From contig NC_135657.1 of NCBI RefSeq assembly GCF_964188315.1, positions 434,001 through 498,000 of the forward strand: a DNA stretch of 64,000 nucleotides, read 5' to 3'. Numbering within the stretch: position 1 is the stretch's first letter; each line of letters begins with the position of its first letter. A program made the position numbers and the translations under genes. Positions 23,437 through 33,660 of this stretch are shown piece after piece. The stretch is from Podarcis muralis (taxonomy: Eukaryota). The notes under the pieces are model-generated. The model ran no database searches and was not told the origin of the DNA. It saw nothing but the letters and a program-made list of their open reading frames with translations.

Positions 23437-26400
23437 TCACTCCGTCGTCACTCCGGCCAAACTGCAGCCGTCGCTGGTGTAGGTGAGCGAATCCGTGGAG
23501 AAGCTTTGGCCCGACGCGGCGCTGCAGAGGCTGTGCTCGTGGGCGGCCGGAGGCTCCGTCTCCACCTCCACCGCCACCTCCACCCTGTTCTGCCCGTCCC
23601 TGCGCGGGGCAGAGACCTGGGTCACTGGCGGTAGTGGCGTAAACAAAGCCGGGGGCATAATTTTATGATAATTCCACTTCTCCCCCACGTTTCCCCTCTA
23701 AGGCGCTCAAGGTGGCTCAGGTGGTTCTCCCCGCCGCATGCTATATCCAGAGCAACCCTGTGCGGGAGCTTGGGCCCGGCGCTCTGGCCACTAGACCGCA
23801 CTGCCCCCGCCCCTGGACTGACCTGCGGGAAGAGGCCTGGGCTGCTTCTTCGCTCCACGGGCTCTCCGGGCCCCTCGGGCAGGACTCCTCCAGCTGCCCG
23901 CTGCTCCGGCTGGGCAGGAAGGGGGCAGCCATGGCGGCGGCGGCAGAAGAGCCCCCTCCCTCAGCCCCCATCGGCGTGGGCAGCGCGGCCAGCAGCTCGT
24001 TCACTGCAACAGGCAGAGGGAGGAGGAGAGAGGCTTTGCGGAGAGGTGACGGGCGGCTAATTTATACAGCATCTTATATCAAAAGTTCTCCGGCTGGATT
24101 TAATAATGGCACTGCAGCAGATAAATGCACAACCAAATGAAAATGTTCCTAGTCCGGTTGGCACCGGCAGGCAAACCCCGGCCCGGAGACAAGGATGACC
24201 GGCAGAGGGTCTCTGCCCTAAAGCCCCTTCTATACCGCAGCCCCCCTCCCGACTGAGAGCTCTCCGCCCACCGGTTAGGACGGAGCCTTGGCGGAGGGAG
24301 AGGGGCTTCCGGGCCAGGCCGCCCGGGACTCACGTACGTTTGGCGAGGTTCTCCAGCTCGACGGCGCTGAGCTCGCCGGCCTTCCTGCGGGCGCCTCCGC
24401 AGCCCCAGCGGTTCCGGCACAGCGAGAGCACCACGACCCCGTAGACGTAGGTGAGCATCAGGGGCACCCCGACGCCTGCGGGCAGAGAGGCTGGCGTGAG
24501 GCGCGGCCCAGGAGCAGAGAAAGCCGCCTCCGGCGAGCTCCAGGCAAGGCGTCTCTCCCAGCCCTCCCTGGACCCGGGACCGTCTGCAGGCCAGGCAGAC
24601 GCTCCAGCGCGGAGCTCCAGCTCCTCCATGAAAATGAAGTAAGATTCTAGTCCTGATGGGACTAACAAGAAGAAGAGCAGCAGCAGCTGCATTCAGTAGC
24701 TCCATGCCCTGTAAACTGACTGGCAGCAGCAACTGCTCTCCGGGGTTCGGGGTGGGGGATTCTCAGCCCTTCCTGGAGACTGACCCCTCCGGGACCTTCT
24801 GGGTGCGAGGCAGGTGCTCTGCCCACTGAGCGGCAGCGCCCTCCGCGCCCCCTGGTGGCCCTTACCCACAGTGACGGCGGTGATGACGGGCGAGACGAAG
24901 AGCGAGAGCAGGATGCTGCTGGCGACCGACAGGCACTGCTGGCAGCCGGAGAGCTTGCTCTTGCGCCCGTGGCTCAGCACCTGGCGGAGAGAGGAGGCGG
25001 CGGAGGGGCAGTGGGTCTCCTCGCTCGGGGCCCCTTCAGGCCGGCGCAGCAGGACGGGGACCCTCGCCCAACCTCCGGGGAGCCGCGGCCCCCTTACCTT
25101 CTTGCCCATGTAGATGGGGATGCCCAGCGTGATGACGGGCACGGCGATCCCCGCCACCAGCGAGATCACCATCGGGGCGCCCAGCACCATCCCCAGCTGC
25201 CACAGGACCTTCCGCGTGCGCGACCAGCGCTTCTTCCCCCAAAAGGTGCAGCCGGAAGGACTGGGGAGGAGACAAGGGGGGAGTCGGCAAGGGGGTGTCG
25301 AAGAGCACCCACAGGAGCACCAGAGCGCCTCTTCTGGGGGGCCCCACCACCGGCTCCCCATTTCGCCTTCGGGGGCTCCGTCCAACTCGACACTTCTGTG
25401 AGTCTATGAATTTTGGAAACCTCTCCCAGATCCCTTGGAAGATTGGAGGGGAACGGATCTTTGACAGGTGGGGCAGCCCAACTCACCTGCCCGTCACGTG
25501 ACATCCTAAGGACTGCCATGTGATTGACAGGCGCCCATCCACCTGCCTAACTTTCGCCTCCCTCCCTCCTGATAATACTCCCGCCCCTCCAGGACATCTT
25601 TTGCTCCGGCGGGACTTTGCTTGGTGGGCCACCTTGGCTGCGTTTCATAGAATCACGGAGCCGTTGAATTTTAAAGGGCTCCCCGGGGTCATCCAGTCTA
25701 ACCCGCTGCGATGCAGGCCTCGCATCCCAAGCATCCCTGCTTGGTTGGGAAACTGTTGCCCACCGAGCTGATTATTTTCTTTGGGTTTAGGTTGCATTCC
25801 GTCCTGTCATTTTAGCAGGAGAGAGGGAGGGAATATTTCGCTGTATAAAAAAGGATAAAAAGGTAAAGGACCCCTGGACGGTTAAGCCCAGTCAAATTCG
25901 ACTCTGGGGTGCGGCGCTCATTTCCGCTTTCAGGCCGAGGGAGCCGGGCTTTGCCCGCAGACAGTTTCTCCAGGTCCTGGACCAGCAGGACCAAACCGCT
26001 TCACTACAAACGCCCAGGGAGGCGCTTGCAAACCCAGCCGAGCTCCCTTCCTCCCTTTCGCGTCCGCTTCGACGGGGCTTCCTCCGGGCAAGCGGAGCGA
26101 GGAGGGCCTTAGGCGGCTTCTGCAGGCTCGGAGGGGCCAAGCCTGGTTCTTCTGCCCTTTCCTTCGGCCGCCCCCCCCCCCGACCCCCAGTCGCACCTGA
26201 GGAAGTGGACGTCGGTGATCTCGCGCAGGCAGAGCCAGCAGAAGAGGCAGCCGCAGATGGTGCAGTTCATGCGGTTGCAGCTGCCGTCGTCCACCTTCAT
26301 GATGAGCGCCCCGCAGCGCGGGCAGACCTTGATGGCGTCCTTGTCTGCGGGGAGGGAGGCGGCAGGTCGGGGCCGGGACTTTCTCCGGCCCGGGGGGCAG

Positions 26401-28430
26401 GCCCAGAGAGAGGGGCGTCTAGGCGGGGAGAGGGCCCCCGAAGCCCCCTGGGCCGCGGCCTGCCGGCGCCCCCTCCGCCCTCCAGAAGGGGGCTGCACTC
26501 ACCCTGCGGGGCCCCCGCCGCCCCGGCTTCCTCCTTCCGGATCAGCTGCAGGGAGAGCTCCGTGGCGCCCAGGGGCGCTTGCTGGCTCCATTCTCGCCAG
26601 GCGGGCTGGCACGAGGCGTCGGGGTGCCAGGGCTGCCGGCAGTGGAAGCAGAACTCGGTGCGGCAGTCCGGGCGGGCGCAGACCAGGCGCGGACACTCGG
26701 CGCAGCCGTAGGCGATGACCGCGTAGCTGCAAGCAGAGGCGCCTTTAGAGAAAGGGGAGCCCGACAGGCGCCCCCCCAAGTCCGCCACTGCTGGGAGCGG
26801 GAGGGAGAGCGGGGCTCAGAATGGGAGGCTGGCTTCGCCCTTCCTGGTCCTCCCCGCACAGTGGGACATTTGCCCCCCCCCCCCCTTTACTGAGACCGGG
26901 CTCTCACCTAACCAGATGGTGGTCCTTTCCTGACCTGGCAGAGGGGGGGGGGAGCAGTGAGCTCCACTCTCCACCCCCCCCCCCCAATAAGGAAGGCTCC
27001 GTGAGACGGCTGGCCGGAGCCGCTGCCTGCTACAGTCTGGGGGCCCCGATTCTGCAGCCGGGAATAACCAAACTCTGGTCTCTGGCCTCCAGGCACCAGA
27101 GGCTCCTGGCCGACCCTGGGGGGGGGGGGGTCCTGGCCAGCTGAGCTTCTGATGTGCCTGGACGGTCTTCCTTCCCGAGACCTTTAGATCTTAATACTTC
27201 CATAATCCAATTCAGAACTACACGTGTTTCATCTTAATTGAGGGGAAATGTGTGATGTACTGAGCCGGGAGGGAGCGGGATAACTTTTCTGTTTTCACTT
27301 TCGCAGTTCCATCCTGGGAACAGACTGAGGAGCTGCCCTTCGGCGGAGTCCGAGCCCTCAGCGGCCTCCCCGGCAGGAAGCACAGCTCCTCCTCACCCCC
27401 CCGCCCCCGGGCCCAAGGGTGCTGAAGGAGTAGGGTGTTGATGGGCGTAGCCAAGGGGGGCAGCTCCCCCCCCCCATATCAAGTAAAACAAGAGAAATAC
27501 TTATCTAACTGAACAATCACGTTTGTTCTGCCCCCTCTAAGAAAAGTTCTGATCTCCCTAAAACCAGGTCCTGCCCGCCTATGGAGGGGGGGTCGCAGCA
27601 CCGCCAGGCGGGGAAACAAAGTGAGCGGACTTGGGGGGCGCGGGCGGGCTGTGTGCAGGGGCGCCTTCCCGGCATCCAGGGGTCAAGGATTGGACGCAAG
27701 GATTGGACCCTGCTCTTTCTGGGGGTCTCCCTGGGAAGACCCAGCCGAGCGGCCTTGAGCGCCCTCTGGTGGGAGGCAAGCGCACAACTGCAACCTCCTC
27801 AGCAGCCGCTTCTGGCGAGGCAGCTCCGGGCGGCCCCACCATCTCCCTCCCTCTCTCCGGGGGGGGGGGGGTCAGGCAGGGGAGGGTCTCCCAGGGCCGT
27901 CGGGGATTGGCCACCGGGCCCTTAGGCGCGCAAAGCCGGTCCTTTCCTGGAGCAATCGGGCCTTTCTCCCCACCCCACCCCGCCGGGCTAGCGCACCTGC
28001 AGTCCGGGGCTGGGCACCAGCGCGTTCCCGGGTCGGCGACGAGCAGGCGGCGGAGCAGGTACTCCTCGTACTTGTCTCGCAAGGCGGGCTCCGGGCGCAG
28101 CAGCTGGTGCACCTGGGCGGGCTGGAGCGGGGCCGGGCAGTGCGGACAGGCCACCTGCACGCGGCTCTCGCTGATCTCGACGCGCAGGTACTGCTGCAGG
28201 CAGGTGAGGCAGGACAGGTGCGCGCACGACGAGAGCTCCGGGAAGGCCGCCGCCGGCTGGGGCAGCAGGCACAAAGGGCACTCGCGCCAGCCCCCCGGCG
28301 CCTCGCCCTCCGTGGACGGGGCCCCCGCCGACGCCGCCTCGGCCGCGCTCAGCGCATCCTCCGGCTCCGGCCTCGCTGCCGGCTGCCCTCCGAAGAGGCC
28401 CGAGGCGCCCCGGGAGGGCGGCCGCTTCAT
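23437..28430 (-). CDS. RNF19-family (Dorfin/NKLAM-like) RBR E3 ubiquitin ligase with two TM segments, 521 aa, 8 coding exons; distinct from RNF19A and RNF19B
   Basis: Minus-strand exons: 28430-27997, 26726-26503, 26344-26197, 25260-25098, 24980-24866, 24475-24338, 24003-23823, 23599-23437 (1566 nt, no stops). RING1 [36 protein letters not shown]; [34 protein letters not shown]; RING2 [43 protein letters not shown]; hydrophobic [18 protein letters not shown] and [24 protein letters not shown]; C-terminal RVEVAVEVE. An in-frame upstream TGA fixes the start. Confidence 0.93.
25851..26001 (-). mobile_element. Sauria SINE 3' half
   Basis: aaaggtaaaggacccctggacggttaag...ccagcaggaccaaaccgcttc is the reverse complement of the 3' part of the 48169-48544 copy. 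Confidence 0.8.
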
Positions 28431-29220
28431 GCTGCTGCTGCTGCCGGGCGACGCTGCTGCTGCTGCTGCTGCTGCTGCCCCCGAGAGTCAGGCCCGCGGG
28501 CTGTCCGGGCGGCGGAGGGGCGCCCCGGGACCCGGCTCTTCCCCATCCCCGCCAGCGCCCTCATAGGGCCCGGCTCATCGCCTGCAGGCTCCCAGCGCCC
28601 TGCGGAGGGAAGGCAGCGAGCGCAAGCCGAGCCCCAGCGCCCCGCGCATCCGCTGCGCCAAACCGCCAAGGTCTCCCGGGGAGTAGGGGACTCCGCTCTG
28701 GCAGGTCGGGCTTCCCCCGGGCCTCTGGTCCTCGGAACCGGCAGGGCTCCGGGGTCGCCGCCGCCTTACCGGCCTGGGTCTGCTCGGCGCTCAGCTGAGC
28801 ATCCCCGCAGCTCCAGCGCCGCCGCCGCCGCCGCACAGCATCTTGGGAAGGTGCCCCCCCCCCCCAGAAAGCCCCGCAGTGACGGCTGCACCGGGAGACG
28901 CCGCTTGGCCCCAAGGACGCGAGCGCAGAGGGAGCGAGCGGGGCGCCCGGGAGACGGAGCCTTGGTCACCAAGGTGCGTGGCTCCCGGCTGGCAGGCAAC
29001 GGTGGCCGCGGGCGGGCGGGCGGGCCGTGGGACCGGACTCCAGCGGACCGCAGACCAAGGAAGCCCCCGCTCCTGGTCGGGGTGCTGCCTGGAGCGGAGA
29101 GGCGGCCGCGCCTTTAAAACGGGGACCGGCCTGAAAAGGCCCCCACGGAAGGCCGGTGAGAGGACCCTCGCGAGGGAGCCGGATGGAGCCCCCAGGGAAA
29201 GGAGCAGTGCAGCCCCGAGG
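27900..29220 (-). promoter_or_regulatory. CpG island, promoter and 5' leader of the RNF19-like gene; probable non-coding exon ending at 28770 (donor GTAAGG) and acceptor near 28599
   Basis: Dense CpG; minus-strand ccg|gtaagg at 28770/28769 and ccttccctccgcag| at 28600. The splicing is inferred. Confidence 0.6.
28453..28478 (-). repeat. (CAG)8 trinucleotide repeat in the RNF19-like 5' leader
   Basis: (ctg)n run on the plus strand, plus a second short run at 28431-28443 abutting the ATG. Confidence 0.9.
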
Positions 29221-30405
29221 AGCAGCTGGGAGGATGGCAGCGCGGGGGTTTCCCCGGCCTGCTTCTGAGCTGCTTGTCTGTCCCCTGCTGGAAACAGAGC
29301 ACTGGGGGTGGCGGGGATTGCCGCATCCACCTGCAGGCCTCCTCGGGCTCTTCCAAAGGCGGGGAGAGGCCTCAGGGCCCACACCCAGGGCTTGGGGTCC
29401 TTTTAGGGGAGCACCATTCTCCGTGCAAGAGGCATCGCCAGCAGCCCTGGAGCGGCAGAGCACTGGGGGTGGCAGGGATTGCCTCCTGAAGCGGCAGCAA
29501 CCAAGGAGAGCCCCCGAGGCAAGCTCTGTCCTACAGCTCTGACCACTGGGCAGTTCCCCCTCACGGTCAGCCAAAGCCGGCTTCCCTGCCCGCCCACCCC
29601 CGCCTGCCTCTAGCTCTTTTATGGATTCAGCTGGAGTCGGAGCTGGGCATGTGTGGCAGCAGAATACTGGTCTATTTTCAAGCCTTTGAGTCCCATCCGG
29701 ATGGACAACCGAGTTGCCTCTTCCTCCACCCTGAAAGACTTGCTTTGCCAGCCCCCCCCCCCCCTCGCCCAGTTCGTCTTCCACTGTGGCTCCAGCACTG
29801 GCCGCAGGAGGACCCAAACTGGACATGGAACCTTTGTGCTTCTGTATATAATGAAAGGCAAGGGGGTACCTAGGACCCCCTGCCCCCCCCACAATGGGAA
29901 ATGGAGCGAGGGGGCGCTATTGCCACCCCACACAAGGGGGCTTCTCAAGGGATCACATGTTTTGTTTTTAACTTTTGCTCATGCAAAGGGAGATCTATTC
30001 TATGCTACAAGAGCAGGGCGCTCTGCAGTTCCTCTCTCTCCACCAAGGGTGATGTAAGAAATTCCCTTAAGAACCAGTGGCGAGACCCGGGATGCAGGAA
30101 TCAGTGTGTGATGGGGCATCACCTCTGAAGCGAAGCCGCCTCCAAGAGGGGAGTGTGTGGAGACCCCATTCTTCTGGGGGCCCCTTTCATCCCCAAAGGT
30201 TCCCTTGGGTGCCGCTGCTGCTGTTCCTCGGCTGCTTCTCCCGGCCGACCAGGCTCCACCGGCAGCCACTTGACTTCAGTAGCGGACAGGGCAAACAGCC
30301 CTGCCTTCACCCTTGGGCAGCAGTGAGGGATCATTGTCTTACTCACATCAAAGTCTTGCCAGTATTCAACATATGAAGTGATGAGAATCAGGCAGGCAGG
30401 AATCC

Positions 30406-31322
30406 TTGTTGTTTAGTCGTTTAGTCGTGTCCAACTCTTCGTGACCCCATGGACCAGAGCACGCCAGGCACCTCTGTCCTCCACTACCTCCCGCAGTTTG
30501 GTCAAACTCATGCTGGTAACCTCGAAAACACTATCCAACCATCTCGTCCTCTGTCGCCCCCTTCTCCTTGTGCCCTCCATCTTTCCCAGCATCAGTGTCT
30601 TCTCCAGGGAGTCTTCTCTTCTCATGAGGTGGCCAAAGTACTGGAGCCTCAGCTTCACGATCTGTCCTTCCAGTGAGCACTCAGGTCTGATTTCCTTAAG
30701 AATGGATGCATTTGATCTTCTTGCCGTCCATGGGACTCTCAAGAGTCTTCTCCAGCACCATAATTCAAAAGCATCAATTCTTCGGCGATCAGCCTTCTTG
30801 ATGGTCCAGCTCTCACTTCCATACATCACTACTGGGAAGACCATGGCTTTAACTATACGGACCTTTGTTGGCAAAGTGACATCTCTACTTCTCAAGATGC
30901 TGTCTAGGCCTGTCATTGCCCTTCTCCCAAGAAGCAGGCGTCTTTTAATTTCGTGGCTGCTGTCACCATCTGCAGTGATCATGGAGCCTAAGAAAGTAAA
31001 ATCTCTCACTGCCTCCATTTCTTCCCCTTCTATTTGCCAGGAGGTGATGGGACCAGTGGCCATGATCTTCGTTTTTTTGATGTTGAGCTTCAGACCATAT
31101 TTTGCGCTCTCCTCTTTCACCCTCATTAAAAGGTTCTTTAATTCCTCCTCACTTTCTGCCATCAAGGTTGTGTCATCTGCATATCTGAGGTTGTTGATAT
31201 TTCTTCCGGCAATCTTAATTCCAGCTTGGGATTCATCCAGCCCAGCCTTTCGCATGATGTGTTCTGCATATAAATTAAATAAGCAGGGAGACAAAATACA
31301 GCCTTGTCGTACTCCTTTCCCA
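30406..31322 (-). mobile_element. 5'-truncated RTE-BovB LINE with an uninterrupted RT/C-terminal reading frame
   Basis: GKGVRQGCILSPCLFNLYAE..NLRYADDTTL..DFTFLGS..WCWRRLLRVPWT..RGRQRTRWLD..VHGVTKSWTRLND; tail acgactaaacgactaaacaacaa. Confidence 0.96.
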
Positions 31323-32899
31323 TTGTCCAGTTGAAACTGGAGATTGCTTTCTGAAGAAGAGCAAAGACATCTTTCCCCATCACAGAGAGGAAAAAGGGCG
31401 TGTAGTGACAGGAAGAAGGAGAGATTATTTTTATATTGTTTCCTTACCGCCACAAAAGTTTAGAGGATATGTGACTATCTAGCCGTCATGCAGATCCTCC
31501 GACATACCTGACAATGCTTGTTTCTAATGGTGGGCTACTTGATATAAAGCAGAAGAGTTTGGGGGCTAAATGTAGCGCCTTCAAGGAAATTCAGGGAGTC
31601 CCATAGGTACCCCGGAAGCTTGAGGAAGGGAGCCCGCAATTGTTATGACACTGCTTCTCAAAACTATCGGGTGCCCAACTGGTGTGCACTTTCCTTTTTG
31701 GCTCGCCGCTCTTCCTCTCCATCCCTCGCTGGGTCCTGGTCCAGGGATGCTCGCGGGGTCCCTCTGTCGGCAGCTTCTCTGCGGACTCAGCTCCACCTTC
31801 TGTCGCTCCTTCCCTTTGTGTCCCCCAGTCTAAGGGGCGATGCTTCCTCACTGGCAGGTGGGAGGGGGCTCCAAAGGGGTTTCAAACTGCGGGTGGCTTG
31901 CAGGTGCTGAGTTCCCGGGGTTACTTTTGGCTTCCATTCCACCGCTGTGCTGGGAGCGTGCAGGATCCCACCTAAAGACTGCAATCTTATGCACACTTAC
32001 TAGGGAGCAAGTCCCACTGATCTGAATGGGCTTATGAATAAATATATTTTGGCTAGAAATGCAAATTGTATGTGTTTTCTCTGCTGATCTTACACCAGCG
32101 TAAGATGGCCAGTTCTGCGGGGCCAGAGCATTGCGCGTGACCTGGGTTAGAAAGAGCAGAGAGCCAGGTCTTCACAGCTCTCATTGTTTCAGGATGGAGA
32201 CCCTCGCAGCTCCGCTGAAACCGCAGGTGTCTCCATTTCTAGCTCTGGGGAATTCTCCCTCTGTGCTCTCAGCATCAAAGGGGCTTTGCAGGAGGAGGCG
32301 GGTTGCCGAGGGAGGGGATGCAAAGCCCCCCCCCGCCCTGCAGACCCTTTTCCCCACCCCATCAATGGGACAGCAGGAGCCCCGCCTTCTTTGGGGCCCC
32401 CCACCCTCAACGCGGGACCCCCAGGACTCCCAAACCCACGAGATGACGCCACCGATGGGCGGATCCATGGTGGCTTCAGCCCCGCCTCCCTCGCTTCGGG
32501 ATTCCTGCGCGTGCGCGGATGGAGGAGCATCCCTAGAGATAGAAGAGGGTAGAGTGATAAGAGCATAGACGGGGCTCCCCGACTCGGAGCGCGGCTCCTC
32601 CCCTTCGCTTTCTCCTTGGCCGTCTCGTGGAGCTGCCGTCCAACTGGGGCTTGTTCTTCGGGGAAGCGGCGGCTGCTCCGCGTGGTTTTGAACTTTAAAT
32701 GCCCTGACACCACTTGGAGCCCAAAAGACCAGGCTGACCGATAGGAATGTAACCCCAGGCGGGCCTTGCGCGCAGAGTTACAAGGAGGGAGGAGTTCTTA
32801 AATGGGAGGATGCCCAAACGGGGCAGGAGGGGCCTTTCCGTGGCTGCTTCCCCCTCTTGGGGCGGACCAGGCGCCAGGCAGCCGATCCCCTCGGGCCCA

Positions 32900-33660
32900 T
32901 GGAAGCGGACACCCGGCTGGTCCCACATTCCTCCCTTCCTCTTCCGCCACGTGGTTCTCTCTCTCTCTCCGAGGCCGACCAGGCTGGACTCTGGAGCTTC
33001 ATGGCGGAGCGCAGAGGCGGGCGGGGAGGACGAGCAGCGGGAGCGGCTGTCAAGGCGGAGCCCGGCGCCCCCTCCCGCTCCGGCCCGGGCCTCGGCCAGA
33101 AGCGGGCCCGGAAGCCGCCGCCCCAGGACGCCTCTGCCCTCCGCGCTGAGTCTGCGCTCTCGCCGCTCTCGCGAGGGCAGCGACTCCGCCTCCCGTCATG
33201 CCGCGCGGCCGGGAGCGGAACCGGAAGCGCGCGCTTCTCTGGCCGCCCGCCCCGCGGATGGGCGGGAGGAGGCGGAGCGGGAGCGGCGGCGGCGGCGAGA
33301 GGCGGGGCGTCGCGGAGGAAGAGGCGGGGCGGCCCCGGAGCAGCGGCGCCCAGCGGCCCGGCGAGCGGGAGGCGCCCAGGGCTGGAGCCGCCCGACGCCG
33401 CCCCGCCAGCCCCGCCGCCGCCCCCGCCTGGGCCGGCCAAGATGCCCCGCCGGAAGCAGCGCCACCCGCAGCCCGTCAAAGGTCAGCCGGGATCGGGGCG
33501 GGGGGGGGGCGGGTCAAGGGAGCCTCTTCCTCCTCCGCTCGGACCGGGTTGGGGGGGGTCGGTCCTTTTCCGGGTTGGGGCGGGGCTCCCGGGACCCCGC
33601 GCCCGTGTCTGACCGGGGCGCCCCGTCCCGCCCTCCTCCCCGTCTCGCTCTCTTGCAGTG
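32900..33660 (+). promoter_or_regulatory. ZNF513 CpG-island promoter
   Basis: Dense CpG; TCTCGCGAG near 33167; CGGAACCGGAAG (ETS) near 33216. Confidence 0.7.

Noticed and set aside
30441-31334. 297-aa plus-strand ORF
   Set aside because: It is the antisense frame of the BovB RT and has no independent support.
31323-31453. N-terminal extension of the BovB ORF in the ORF track
   Set aside because: Flanking genomic sequence that happens to be in frame with the truncated element, with a non-ATG start.
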